Source of the DNA: Sedimentisphaerales bacterium
GTDB taxonomy: Bacteria; Planctomycetota; Phycisphaerae; Sedimentisphaerales; SM23-30
DNA length: 64,000 bases
NCBI GenBank assembly: GCA_963663805.2
Contig: CAXXMR010000018.1
Location: 32,001 to 96,000, forward strand
Reading direction: 5' to 3'
The notes under the pieces were generated by a model. That model was not told the origin of the DNA. It did not search any database and saw only the letters and a list, made by a program, of their open reading frames with translations. The position numbers and the translations under genes were made by a program. Below, piece by piece: positions 42,934 to 52,727 of the stretch. Positions within the stretch are counted from its first letter, which is position 1, and each line of letters starts with the position of its first letter.

Positions 42934-44196
42934 TTACATATACTTCCGTGGGTCAACGAGTTTCCCTTCAATAGCTGATGCCGCCGCGGTCGCGGGGCTA
43001 GCCAGGTAAACGCCGCTGGTTGGGTGTCCCATTCTTCCGACGAAGTTACGGTTGGTCGTGCTTACGCATTTTTCTTCGGATGCCAGAATACCCATAAACC
43101 CGCCCAGGCACGCCCCGCACGTCGGAGACGCGATAACGCAATCGGCATCGTAGAAAATGTCGAACAGCCCTTCATCCTTAGCCATCTTCCAGATCGTCGG
43201 TGTCGCCGGTACGATCAGTGTACGAATTTTGACCTTATGCCCCTTGAGAATCGAAGCGGCGATACGCAAATCTTCGATACGTCCGTTGGTGCAGCTGCCG
43301 ATATAGCTCTGGTCCATTTCCATACCTGCCACTTCACTGATAGCTTTGCCGCCGCTGGGCAGATGCGGCACCGCCACCATTGGCTCCAGTTTTGAGCAGT
43401 CGAACTCTTCCACCGAGGCATATTCCGCGTCCGCGTCCGATTCGTAAACGGTATAATCTTTCTTATCCTTCAGATGCTCAGCGAGATACGTTTTGGTAAT
43501 ATCGTCCACTGCCATGATGCCGCTCTTACCGCCGGCTTCGATGGCCATATTCGTAATCGTCATCCGAGCCGCCATCGAAAGGTCTTTGAGCGTATCGCCC
43601 ACAAACTCCATCGCCTGATAGCGAGCCCCGTCCGTACCGATCCGGGCAATGACCGCCAGGATAATATCTTTGCTGTAAACACCCTTGCCCAGCTTACCGT
43701 TCAATACGAATTTAATACTGGAAGGCACACGGAACCAAAGCTGCCCCGTAGCGATAGCCGCCGCCAGGTCCGTCGAGCCAATTCCGGTACTGAACGCACC
43801 AAAGGCACCGTACGTGCAGGTGTGACTATCACCGCCAATAAGCGTTTCGCCGGGCCGGACATGCCCCTGCTCCGGCAGTAAAGCGTGACATACGCCAGCC
43901 TTGCCGACCGGATAATAATTTTTAATTTTATTTTTCTTGCACCATTTATCAAGCCGCTTGAGCAGCTCGGCACTCTGAATATCTTTGGCAGGCTGAAAAT
44001 GGTCCGGCGTAACCACAATTTTGTCCGGGTCGAATACATTATCCAAACCCTTTTCCGCCAGCATACTAATCGCCGGTGGGGTGGTAACGTCATGACACAT
44101 AATCACATCGATGTCAGCGTTTATCAGCTGTCCCGGTTTAACTTCCTTCTCACCGCAGTGAGCCGCCAAAATCTTCTCAGTTATCGTCATCGCCAT
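42934..44196 (-). CDS. leuC: 3-isopropylmalate dehydratase large subunit
   Basis: [31 protein letters not shown] and [12 protein letters not shown] motifs. Confidence 0.96.
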   Translation of the reverse strand: MAMTITEKILAAHCGEKEVKPGQLINADIDVIMCHDVTTPPAISMLAEKGLDNVFDPDKIVVTPDHFQPAKDIQSAELLKRLDKWCKKNKIKNYYPVGKAGVCHALLPEQGHVRPGETLIGGDSHTCTYGAFGAFSTGIGSTDLAAAIATGQLWFRVPSSIKFVLNGKLGKGVYSKDIILAVIARIGTDGARYQAMEFVGDTLKDLSMAARMTITNMAIEAGGKSGIMAVDDITKTYLAEHLKDKKDYTVYESDADAEYASVEEFDCSKLEPMVAVPHLPSGGKAISEVAGMEMDQSYIGSCTNGRIEDLRIAASILKGHKVKIRTLIVPATPTIWKMAKDEGLFDIFYDADCVIASPTCGACLGGFMGILASEEKCVSTTNRNFVGRMGHPTSGVYLASPATAAASAIEGKLVDPRKYM

Positions 44197-44237
44197 ATTT
44201 GCAATTCCTTATAATTGTCTTCGTTGCCTTTTCTTTC

Positions 44238-44261
44238 AGAGCCGCGCACGTTAGTAAGCGG
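44238..44261. repeat. REP-like imperfect palindrome
   Basis: AGAGCCGCGCACGTTAGTAAGCGG (CCGC...GCGG arms); resembles REP-type elements; single copy in this window. Confidence 0.4.
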
Positions 44262-44323
44262 TGCCGTTATGCCTTTGCCGTTAAAATCCGCGGTTAAAAT
44301 TCTGTTGGTCCATTAACCCCCGG

Positions 44324-45853
44324 TTAAATATTATTCTTACTTCGTGCCACCATATTATTAAGCGCCATGATAAACGCCTTAGCCGAAGCCTCCACGATGT
44401 CCGTACTAGCTCCGCGGCCCACAAAAACCCGTCCTTCATTACGAATTCGCACCGTAGCTTCACCCATAGCCTCGGTCCCGCCGGTCACTGCCCGGATACT
44501 GTAATTTTCCAGGGTAGGATTCAGGCCTGTCGCTTTGGTAATTGCGTGGTACGCTGCGTCAACAGGTCCATCGCCCCAGGCGGCTTCCTGAAGATTTTCA
44601 TCGCCACGAATTATCCGCACCGTTGCGGAGGGCAGAGTTCCGGTTCCGGAAGTGCATTGCAGATAATCCAGGTGGAAAGTTTCTTCGGTGCTGGGCAGTT
44701 CATCTTCCAGTAAAGCGACGATATCCTCGTCGAAAACTTCTTTTTTCTTGTCCGCCAGTTTCAGAAACCGCTCATAAGCCGCGGTTACCTGTTCTTCGGC
44801 CAGTTCAAAGCCGAGTTCTTTGCAGCGGGCCTTAAAACCATGCCGTCCGGAATGTCTTCCAAGTACCATTTTGCTGCCGGGGACTCCGACGGATTCGGGG
44901 GTCATGATCTCGTAGGTTTCGCGGTGTTTTAGCAGGCCATCGACGTGGATTCCTGACTCGTGGGCGAAGGCGTTTGCGCCTACGATTGCCTTGTTGGCCT
45001 GGAGTGGCATGCCCATCAGTCTGGCGGCTAATTGGCTGGCACGGTAGATTTCGGTGGTAACAATGCCAGTTTCGAGGCCGAGAAGGTCTTTTCTGGTCTT
45101 CATAGCCATTACGCACTCTTCGAGCGAGGCGTTGCCGGCCCGTTCGCCGTAGCCGTTGATGGTACATTCAATCTGTCTGGCCCCGGCATTGACGCCGGCG
45201 ATGGAATTGGCGGTTGCCAGGCCGAGATCGTTATGGCAGTGGGTGCTGAAAATCACATTTTCGGCACCGGGCACATTTTCGACAAGGTCGGTAATCATGT
45301 CGGCGTAATCATGCGGGATGGCGTAACCTACTGTATCTGGGATATTTAAGGTCGTTGCCCCGGCTTCAATGGCAGCTTGGACGATTTCCCGCAGGAAGTT
45401 ACGGTCGCTCCTGGTGGCATCTTGGGCACTGAACTCGACATCGGGTGTATAGCCTTTGGCGTGTTTTATAGCGGCCACGGCTTTTTCGAGTACGACCGCC
45501 GGTTCCATCCTGAGCATATGCTCCATGTGGACAGGGCTGGTGCTCGTAAATGTATGTATCCGCCAGCGTTTAGCGTGTTTGAGAGCCTGAGCTGCCGAGT
45601 CAATATCCTTAGCAATAGTACGGGCTAAGCCGGCGATTATTGGGCCTTGAACCTCTTTGGCGATTCGTTCGACGGCGGCGAACTGTACGGGTGAGCTGAC
45701 CGGGAAGCCCGCTTCGATGACATCCACGCCCAAACGGGCCAACTGATGGGCAATTTCGACCTTTTCGTTCTCGTTAAGGCTGGCACCGGGGCTTTGTTCG
45801 GCGTCCCGGAGGGTAGAATCAAATATAATTACTCGGTTTTTATCAATGGACAT
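44324..45853 (-). CDS. leuA: 2-isopropylmalate synthase
   Basis: FDSTLRDAEQSPG, HCHNDLG, GERAGN and HESGIH motifs, plus regulatory domain GDGPVDA. Confidence 0.96.
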   Translation of the reverse strand: MSIDKNRVIIFDSTLRDAEQSPGASLNENEKVEIAHQLARLGVDVIEAGFPVSSPVQFAAVERIAKEVQGPIIAGLARTIAKDIDSAAQALKHAKRWRIHTFTSTSPVHMEHMLRMEPAVVLEKAVAAIKHAKGYTPDVEFSAQDATRSDRNFLREIVQAAIEAGATTLNIPDTVGYAIPHDYADMITDLVENVPGAENVIFSTHCHNDLGLATANSIAGVNAGARQIECTINGYGERAGNASLEECVMAMKTRKDLLGLETGIVTTEIYRASQLAARLMGMPLQANKAIVGANAFAHESGIHVDGLLKHRETYEIMTPESVGVPGSKMVLGRHSGRHGFKARCKELGFELAEEQVTAAYERFLKLADKKKEVFDEDIVALLEDELPSTEETFHLDYLQCTSGTGTLPSATVRIIRGDENLQEAAWGDGPVDAAYHAITKATGLNPTLENYSIRAVTGGTEAMGEATVRIRNEGRVFVGRGASTDIVEASAKAFIMALNNMVARSKNNI

Positions 45854-45989
45854 TATCAATGTTCTCCAAATCGTGCCGTTCCAGTCCGGTCGGGCTAATC
45901 CGCCGGGCAAAGACCCGAAATTATAGCGTCAAAGAGTCTCTAACTAAAAGAGAAAAAGTGGATTAACAGTAATGGTAGGTCGAAATATG

Positions 45990-46100
45990 TTAGCCCCGGG
46001 GGGCTAGAATAATTAGAGCCAGATTGCGTAAAATACCCGCATTAAGGCCGAGAGAGCCATGAGAAGCGGTATGACGAATCTGTTTAACTCTATATTCCAT
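45990..46100 (-). CDS. Putative leu operon leader peptide (36 aa)
   Basis: MEYRVKQIRHTASHGSLGLNAGILRNLALIILAPRG*; six Leu codons clustered in the 3' half, two of them CTA; ends inside the hairpin TAGCCCC-CC-GGGGCTA. Confidence 0.6.
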   Translation of the reverse strand: MEYRVKQIRHTASHGSLGLNAGILRNLALIILAPRG

Positions 46101-46283
46101 ATGGGTAGTATCGGTAAATGAATCGGAAAAAGCAAGAGAGATTTTCAAAAAACTTCTGTTTAAGGATAATTTTTTGATTTTTGGGTTGGGGTGAGGCTCG
46201 GAAACGCGGTGAGTGGGTGTTGCCGAAATGCGAGAAAAATCGGCGCGAACGATCCTGAAAGGGCCAGTTTTTGCGTTTTTTTA

Positions 46284-47732
46284 CAATCCTGTTCGGCACA
46301 TTTATTGCTTTAGGCTTTTGGCCTCCTGTATTTTTTTAAAAAAAAACCCGAAATGTTAAGATAGGTAATTTGCGCTCGAGGGATATTTATGCTCTAATAG
46401 GAGGCATGAGTGCTAAGCGTCAGAAAATCAAGGAGCGGGACCTGCGTGGGTTCAAGTATTTCAAGTCCCTCTCGGCTCTGCTGAAAGGTCTTCACTCGGC
46501 GGGATGTGAGCGGGACCGGGCCGGCAATCGCACATTATTCATGGACCAGTATGTCAGTCTGCTGCTGTTATACATGTTCAATCCGATCTGCAGTTCCATC
46601 CGGTCTTTGCAGCAGGCCGGCGAGCTCAAAAAGGTACAGCGGCTGTTGGGTTGTTCGCGTGCTTCGCTGGGTTCGCTTTCGGAAGCATCCCGGGTTTTTG
46701 AGAGTTCTTTGTTAGAGCCGATAATCGCTCAACTCACTGAGCAGTTAGGGCCGATATCTCAGGACAAAAAACTGGAAGTCGGTCAGGTCATTACCCTGGT
46801 GGACGGCAGCAGTATTCAGGCTTTGCAAAAACTCACTCAGGCTGCCTGGGACACCGACAAACCCGGAATTAAAGCACACACTCAGTTTGATCTGGAAAAA
46901 TATGTGCCTCTGAAAATAAATATCAGTGAAGACAAGTCTGATGAGCGAAAGGTTTTTTTAGAGAATCTTCAGCCCGGCCGGATTTATGTCAATGATCGCG
47001 GATATGCCTGTTTTAAGCTGTTTCAGGCCATTGTGGATAGTAAAAGCTCTTTTGTCTGTCGGCTGCGTGAGGATACGGTTTACGAAACTATTCAGGAAAA
47101 ACCTTTAACTGAAGATGCTCGAAAAGCGGGGATAATTTTTGATCGTACGGTAATCGCCGGCAGCAGTGAAAAACTGCGGGAAGATTTCAAACAACCGTTA
47201 CGCCTGATAGCGGTTGAATGTCAACCGCATTTGAAACGGGGCCAGGGACCACGTCAGAGTGAGATGATTTTGATTGCCACCGACCGGCTGGACCTGGACG
47301 CCGAAGTCATTGCCCTGCTCTATCAGAAACGCTGGGCCATCGAAATATTTTTCCGCTTTTTTAAGCATGTGCTGGGCTGCCGACATCTGCTAAGCCTCTG
47401 CGAAAACGGTATCGAACTACAGATGTACGCCGCGATTATCGCCTGTATGCTGATCAGCCTGTGGACGGGCAAAAAACCAACTTTAAGAACCTACGAAATG
47501 CTCTGCTGGCACCTCTGCGGCATGGCCGACGAGCAAGAAATGCAGAACCATATCAATAAACTCCAAAGCCAAAACTAAGGCCGATCCTCAAAAAAATCGC
47601 CGCTGCCGCTGATGCTGCGCCAAAATAACCAGTGCCGACAGTCCCACTGAGGGGTAATCCCCGCTAAATCATATGAACTGCAAAGACCACAGAAAAACTG
47701 TATTTGAGCAATAAATGTGCCGAACAGGATTG
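46284..47732 (+). mobile_element. IS4-family insertion sequence
   Basis: Perfect 26-bp IR CAATCCTGTTCGGCACATTTATTGCT; 9-bp target duplication GTTTTTTTA at 46275-46283 and 47733-47741. Confidence 0.94.
46406..47578 (+). CDS. IS4 family DDE transposase
   Basis: VDGS, NDRGY and YQKRWAIEIFFRFFK (YREK) motifs; GGAGG RBS before ATG 46406. Confidence 0.95.
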   Translation: MSAKRQKIKERDLRGFKYFKSLSALLKGLHSAGCERDRAGNRTLFMDQYVSLLLLYMFNPICSSIRSLQQAGELKKVQRLLGCSRASLGSLSEASRVFESSLLEPIIAQLTEQLGPISQDKKLEVGQVITLVDGSSIQALQKLTQAAWDTDKPGIKAHTQFDLEKYVPLKINISEDKSDERKVFLENLQPGRIYVNDRGYACFKLFQAIVDSKSSFVCRLREDTVYETIQEKPLTEDARKAGIIFDRTVIAGSSEKLREDFKQPLRLIAVECQPHLKRGQGPRQSEMILIATDRLDLDAEVIALLYQKRWAIEIFFRFFKHVLGCRHLLSLCENGIELQMYAAIIACMLISLWTGKKPTLRTYEMLCWHLCGMADEQEMQNHINKLQSQN

Positions 47733-48165
47733 GTTTTTTTACGTTTTTTTCGATAAATTCGCGTTTTTTGGGGAATTTATAAATTAGATGCCACCGCCGC
47801 TTAAAATCGTAGGCGAAACGAACGCAGGCCCTGCAGAGGTGCAACCTGCCAGGGATAGCCAGACCAAGGCGACGAATTGTCGTGGAGGTGGCAGTTATAC
47901 ACCTGCCGCCCCAGGTGTGAGGCGTTCCGCAGACAATTCAGAGCCTTCTTATGCCTTTAAAAACCTCTTGCCGAAGGCAAGTTTAAGAGTTAATCGTGAA
48001 ACCCATTTGTCCAATTCACGCTGAACCAATACACAGTGGCATCGGTTTTAGCTTCAGATGCTCATTTGTCTACTACGACCTTGCGTGTAAATAATTTGTT
48101 AGTATAAGGTTATCGCAAGGCAAACGATTATTCATTGCCAAGTAAAAATTATTTTAAAAAAAAGA

Positions 48166-48194
48166 TTGATAAGTTCCATGTAATGTACTATATT
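48166..48194 (+). promoter_or_regulatory. Sigma70-type promoter of the regulator / utilisation locus
   Basis: TTGATA-17 nt-TATATT, overlapped at its 3' end by the palindrome TTGT-TTATAT-ACAA (48193-48206). Confidence 0.6.
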
Positions 48195-48228
48195 GTTTAT
48201 ATACAAATTAGATTTTAAGGAGTTATGC

Positions 48229-49308
48229 ATGTGTGCAGTTCGCACAAAAGCTGAAAAGATAAATCAGAAGGTATGGCAAAAGATTACCGCTCTCAAAAGT
48301 GAAGGCAAAACCCAATTGCCTCCAGAGATGGAACTGTGCGAGGAATTTGGCGCCAGCCGGGGAACGGTCCGAAGGGCTCTGAATGATTTGGTAGAGGGTG
48401 GGATGCTTCGTCGGATTGCCGGCAAAGGCACTTTTATTCGTGATGGCAGATCGGAAGAACTTGTTGAAGCGGGCAAAATACCTCTTTTGGGTATGGCTTA
48501 TGACATTCTGGCGTTGACAGAGTTTCGTGTGAAAATCATTCGTGCGATTGCTCGAGCCGCCAGTCTGAAGGGACTTGAGGTTATAATCCTTTCGCCTACC
48601 GAGGCCTTGAATCTAATAGGGGCCTGGCTACCTACTTCTAAAGGGCCTGCCCAGTTAGCGGGTTTGATGAGTTGCAGTTTTACGCCTGAATCTTTAAGGG
48701 CGATTCAGGAATCGCCTCACAAGATGCCTTACGTTGCTTTGGTCGACCCTGATTTTGCCAAAACGGCTGAATATGCCGTGGTGCGTCTTGATGAGTTTGT
48801 TAAGGTCTTCGAATATTTGCGGTCATTGGGACACAGAAAGATATGTTTTCTCGAACATTCTTTGAGTACCCCTCTTCTGTCGCGTATTAACAATGCGGTT
48901 GAGGAAGTGGAGAACATGGGTCACGATATTAATCTGGCCATTCGGGAATGTTACAGTGATCCGATCAAGGTTGTTGAGGAAGTTGACCATTTGTTGAGCC
49001 TTGATAAGGAGAATCGTCCGACGGCTATATTGTGTTATGATGACAAAGTAGCCTCCTGGGTGGTAAAGGCGTTGCATATGCGCGGCGTTAGCGTGCCGGA
49101 TGAGATGTCGGTTATGGGTCGGGGTGATTTAGAGGTATGTTCCTCGGTTTCGCCTTCTCTTACGAGTATATCCATTATGTATGATGAGCTTGGCGAACAG
49201 GCGATAGATCTTTTTATTAAGCAGTGTACTGGCAAAAAGGTTGATAATCCTATCAGGAAAGCGGGTTTCAGGATAGTAGAAAGAGAATCCTGTGCTCCCG
49301 TTAAATAG
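48229..49308 (+). CDS. GntR-HTH / LacI-type sensor transcriptional regulator (AraR-like architecture)
   Basis: LPPEMELCEEFGASRGTVRRAL..GKGTF; PTAILCYDD, VPDEMSVMG and PSLTSI motifs. Confidence 0.92.
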   Translation: MCAVRTKAEKINQKVWQKITALKSEGKTQLPPEMELCEEFGASRGTVRRALNDLVEGGMLRRIAGKGTFIRDGRSEELVEAGKIPLLGMAYDILALTEFRVKIIRAIARAASLKGLEVIILSPTEALNLIGAWLPTSKGPAQLAGLMSCSFTPESLRAIQESPHKMPYVALVDPDFAKTAEYAVVRLDEFVKVFEYLRSLGHRKICFLEHSLSTPLLSRINNAVEEVENMGHDINLAIRECYSDPIKVVEEVDHLLSLDKENRPTAILCYDDKVASWVVKALHMRGVSVPDEMSVMGRGDLEVCSSVSPSLTSISIMYDELGEQAIDLFIKQCTGKKVDNPIRKAGFRIVERESCAPVK

Positions 49309-49440
49309 CGGGAGTTTCGAGTTGGCGAATTTGAAGGTAATGAGTGGGAATTTTATAGGCCATGTTTGTTACCTGGTCGAATTAAGGAGACAGCCCTGAA
49401 GGGCTTGTGTAATTACTCTTATTTTTAGAGGAGGTCTTTG

Positions 49441-50094
49441 ATGAAGATGCAGAAATTGGTGTTGTGTGTTGGTGTTGTATGTTTTGTGGCATTTGTTGGT
49501 TCGGCTTTTGGTGTTGGGAGTAATGTTGGTAATTCATATCATTGGGATCAGTGGACCAAAAGCACTATCAATGACTGGACGAAGGTTGGTTCGGCTGGAT
49601 ATGAAACATATTTCAATCTGGTAAGTAATGTTGACAATGTCAATGACACTCTTGATCCTTATGCTCAAAATAACGACACCTGGTTGCGAATTGAAGGAAC
49701 CAATGCGGTAGTGCCTGTAACGGTACCGGCGGGCACGTGGGCGGGTTATGAATGGTCGGTTCCGACCGGTGTGGATGAAGAGATTGTAAGTGCGTGGCTT
49801 CCGGGATATTTTAATTTCCTGACCGATTCGATGGAATTACGTCTTACTGATACCAGCGGCAATGTCTTATGGTCAACCAGTCCGGCGGCAGGTTGGGTGG
49901 ATCTTACCAGTTCGACGTTTGCCAGTGTGGATACGGTTCGTCTGATTGTTTACGCTACGGCAGACCATAATTTATGGGGTTCAGGAAATTTCATGTTCGC
50001 CAACCCGATATATCTGAACACGGTTAATGTTCCAGAGCCAGTCTCAATGACTTTTCTTGCTTGCGGTGCTTTGGCATTAATTAGGAGGAAATAG
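49441..50094 (+). CDS. PEP-CTERM surface protein
   Basis: Signal peptide; C-terminal VPEPVSMTFLACGALALIRRK. Confidence 0.92.
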   Translation: MKMQKLVLCVGVVCFVAFVGSAFGVGSNVGNSYHWDQWTKSTINDWTKVGSAGYETYFNLVSNVDNVNDTLDPYAQNNDTWLRIEGTNAVVPVTVPAGTWAGYEWSVPTGVDEEIVSAWLPGYFNFLTDSMELRLTDTSGNVLWSTSPAAGWVDLTSSTFASVDTVRLIVYATADHNLWGSGNFMFANPIYLNTVNVPEPVSMTFLACGALALIRRK

Positions 50095-50148
50095 TTTGTC
50101 AAGAGTTTGAATTTAGGCTGTTTTGCGGAAGTTTTAGTAAATATTATC

Positions 50149-50188
50149 AAAAGCAGGGGGGCGGTGTAGGATCGTCCCCCTTGCTTTT
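50149..50188 (+). terminator. Intrinsic terminator after the PEP-CTERM gene
   Basis: AAAAGCAGGGGGGCG..CGTCCCCCTTGCTTTT. Confidence 0.75.
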
Positions 50189-50230
50189 GGGTAGAAGTAG
50201 TTGCGGTTGATTTTTCGAGAAAGGGAAAAT

Positions 50231-51004
50231 ATGAGAAATCTACTATTCATGCTATTATTGACGGTATTTGTTCTATCGACATGCAGCATTGTATTCGCGG
50301 ATGGTTATCTGGTGGATGAAAACACCTTGAAATGGGGGCCGGGTCCCGACCCTGAAAATCAACCTGACGGTCAGTTGTGGTACACATTTACGGATTGGAC
50401 CTGGGTGGAAGGTTCTTTCGCTTTGGATTCAGCCTGGCCTGGCGATTTGGCAACTCAGCCCTGGCCGGGCACTTTTGACCCCCTGACGATGGGTTTGCAG
50501 ATAACGGCTCCGAGCACCGTTGTCGGTTCTTCGGTCACTCCAACCGGCTATGAGTTTGATCTGGCAACTGCGGGTATAACGGGCAAAGTTATTGCCAGTG
50601 TCGAGATTATTAGTTCATTCTGGAATTTTCCGAGTGGGGCAAACTCGTCGGTAGCGGCGGCATTTTATGATGAGGACGACAATCTGGTTTATACTGAGAA
50701 TCCGGTGACGATGTCGGTTCCCTGGTGGCAGGGGACGGTAGTGGATTTTTCTAACAATCCGAGCAAGAAAGTAAAATTTGTGTTAGATCCATTTGCGGCG
50801 TTGTGGGTTTGGGCTAATAATTCCATGTATATTGAGCAGATGGAAATTATTCTGATTGACGAAGCTGACGCAAAGTGTGGTACAAAGTATAATCCTTTTC
50901 CGGGGGCAGATTTGTCCGGTGATTGTATTGTCAATATAGCGGATGTGGCGGTAATTGCTGATTATTGGCTTGATTGCAATGATCCTGATGGTAATTGTGA
51001 TTGA
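50231..51004 (+). CDS. Secreted protein with C-terminal dockerin-like tail
   Basis: Signal peptide; tail CG..ADLSGDCIVNIADVAVIADYWLDCNDP..C. Confidence 0.82.
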   Translation: MRNLLFMLLLTVFVLSTCSIVFADGYLVDENTLKWGPGPDPENQPDGQLWYTFTDWTWVEGSFALDSAWPGDLATQPWPGTFDPLTMGLQITAPSTVVGSSVTPTGYEFDLATAGITGKVIASVEIISSFWNFPSGANSSVAAAFYDEDDNLVYTENPVTMSVPWWQGTVVDFSNNPSKKVKFVLDPFAALWVWANNSMYIEQMEIILIDEADAKCGTKYNPFPGADLSGDCIVNIADVAVIADYWLDCNDPDGNCD

Positions 51005-51060
51005 GTAATGCTTGCGCGAGATAACATAGAGAAGAATTATATTTTTTAAGGGAATATGAA

Positions 51061-52611
51061 ATGAAAATGTTTAAGCTAATATATTTGCTGGCAATGTCAA
51101 TACTTGTAGTGTCGCCTATTTTTGCTGCTGAGACAGAGGTTTTTAGTGTGGGGGGGCTTACTAATTGGGATTATATTGGTGGTGGTACCGCTTATGATGC
51201 GGACAACGGTAACGCTGAGCATCCGTTTAAAGAGTTGATGACTTTGAACACTCCGGCGAGCACCAACGACTATGGGGTCGATGGGGGCAGCTGGGATTGG
51301 GATGTCGCGGAGCTGGCCCCGGTTGGTCATGTTCTTCCCAATTCCGGGTCATATGTTGGTGTTCGTTATGAAGCGCCGGCGGGCAAGTTGATAACCGGAG
51401 TAACGATACCTCGGCTTTACGTTAATGTTGACACAAACATGCATGTTCAGATTTTTGATGCGGACGATGTTTTTCTGGTGGACCCCAATCGTACGGTGCT
51501 TACGGAGTTGATAACGGATGTTACCGCCACTTCAACCGGCACCTCCGCGATAGAGATTCGTTGGGTAAATATTGCTCCTTCTACAATCCATCTTTGGGGG
51601 GTCGGTAACGGCGTGATTTTTAATACGATAGAGATTGTAACAGAGGATGACCCGGATTATGTTCCTTTCAGCCCGCTTACGTTTGAGAATCCAAACAAGC
51701 CTTCGACGTGGTTTGGTTATTATCACGGTCTGACGGTTTACAGCAGCGGACCTTTAGGTGGTACCAATTGGGGTGACTCCATTGCGGTTGCCGGCAGTTA
51801 TACCAACTTAAACCATGTATTTCCATCTCAGGAGGCAATTGATTCGGCGATTGCTAATCATTCCTATATGCTGGTTGATGTAATGTGGTATTTGTTCAGC
51901 GAGAGCAGTCCGGGCAGTTTCAGTCTCCGGGGCGATTATCAGAATCAGATTCAGGGGCTGAAAACAATGTTCGCTGGTGCTGAGGATTATATTGGGGCTT
52001 TTTCTCCGCTGGATGAGCCATATCACAGGAACGTACCTCAGGCTGATCTTGAGGCGGTTATCGCGGAGTTGAAAGCGGTATTTCCGGGGATACCGAGTTA
52101 TCTGTGTTTTGCTCGTGATCCGATAAACTCCATGACGACGGCGACTCTTCCGGCGGGCCTGGACTGGATCGCGTTTGATTATTATGATACCGCGGGCGGG
52201 CCGGTTCAGATTTCGGAGGTTCAGGGTACGGTTAATCATATCAAGAGCATAAAGTCCGCTGACCAGAAGATATTCCTGGTTCCTCCTTCGGCGCAGGATA
52301 ATCTTCAGGCAGCCTATACGGACCAGCAGCTGGCGGATACGATTAATGCTTATTATGGTTTGATGCAGAGTGACCCGGAGATTATTGGTATGATTGTGTT
52401 TCCGGCGGATGGGTGTCGCCAGGTTGTTTTTGATGGTATCGGTACTACGATCCCTCTGGCGTTGGCGGCTCAACAGGCAATTGGCGCTGAGATAGCCGGT
52501 GAAGTATGCGGTGACATCTGGAATGGTTTGTACACTTTTGATTATGACGGTAATTGCAAGATTGATTTGCTGGATTGGGCTGTTTATACTACAAAATGGC
52601 TTGCAGAGTAG
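51061..52611 (+). CDS. Secreted two-domain protein (beta-rich domain plus TIM-barrel GH-like domain) with dockerin-like tail
   Basis: Signal peptide; LDEP and DWIAFDYY motifs; tail CG..DYDGNCKIDLLDW...WL. Confidence 0.75.
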   Translation: MKMFKLIYLLAMSILVVSPIFAAETEVFSVGGLTNWDYIGGGTAYDADNGNAEHPFKELMTLNTPASTNDYGVDGGSWDWDVAELAPVGHVLPNSGSYVGVRYEAPAGKLITGVTIPRLYVNVDTNMHVQIFDADDVFLVDPNRTVLTELITDVTATSTGTSAIEIRWVNIAPSTIHLWGVGNGVIFNTIEIVTEDDPDYVPFSPLTFENPNKPSTWFGYYHGLTVYSSGPLGGTNWGDSIAVAGSYTNLNHVFPSQEAIDSAIANHSYMLVDVMWYLFSESSPGSFSLRGDYQNQIQGLKTMFAGAEDYIGAFSPLDEPYHRNVPQADLEAVIAELKAVFPGIPSYLCFARDPINSMTTATLPAGLDWIAFDYYDTAGGPVQISEVQGTVNHIKSIKSADQKIFLVPPSAQDNLQAAYTDQQLADTINAYYGLMQSDPEIIGMIVFPADGCRQVVFDGIGTTIPLALAAQQAIGAEIAGEVCGDIWNGLYTFDYDGNCKIDLLDWAVYTTKWLAE

Positions 52612-52727
52612 AAGGATTATACTTTTCCCCGGCGGTTCAATAAAGGCCGCCGGGGAGAGTATGTTAGATTCATGGCGTTCCAGTTTTAGGCCTAAATAAA
52701 AGTTTAGAGGAATAAAAAGGCGATATC

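Larger units (their letters stand above)
41785..44300. repeat. Dispersed (A)ATCCGCGT-periodic repeat family in the leu intergenic regions
   Basis: Identical 39-bp copies at 41785-41823 and 42862-42900; variant at 42807-42838; inverted copy at 42356-42391; partial copy at 44281-44300. Confidence 0.9.

Noticed and set aside
38496..47732. Composite transposon carrying the leu operon
   Set aside because: The two IS elements belong to different families and each has its own target duplication.
47788..48024. 78-aa ORF after IS4
   Set aside because: No RBS and no recognisable motif; the region is better explained as structured non-coding sequence.
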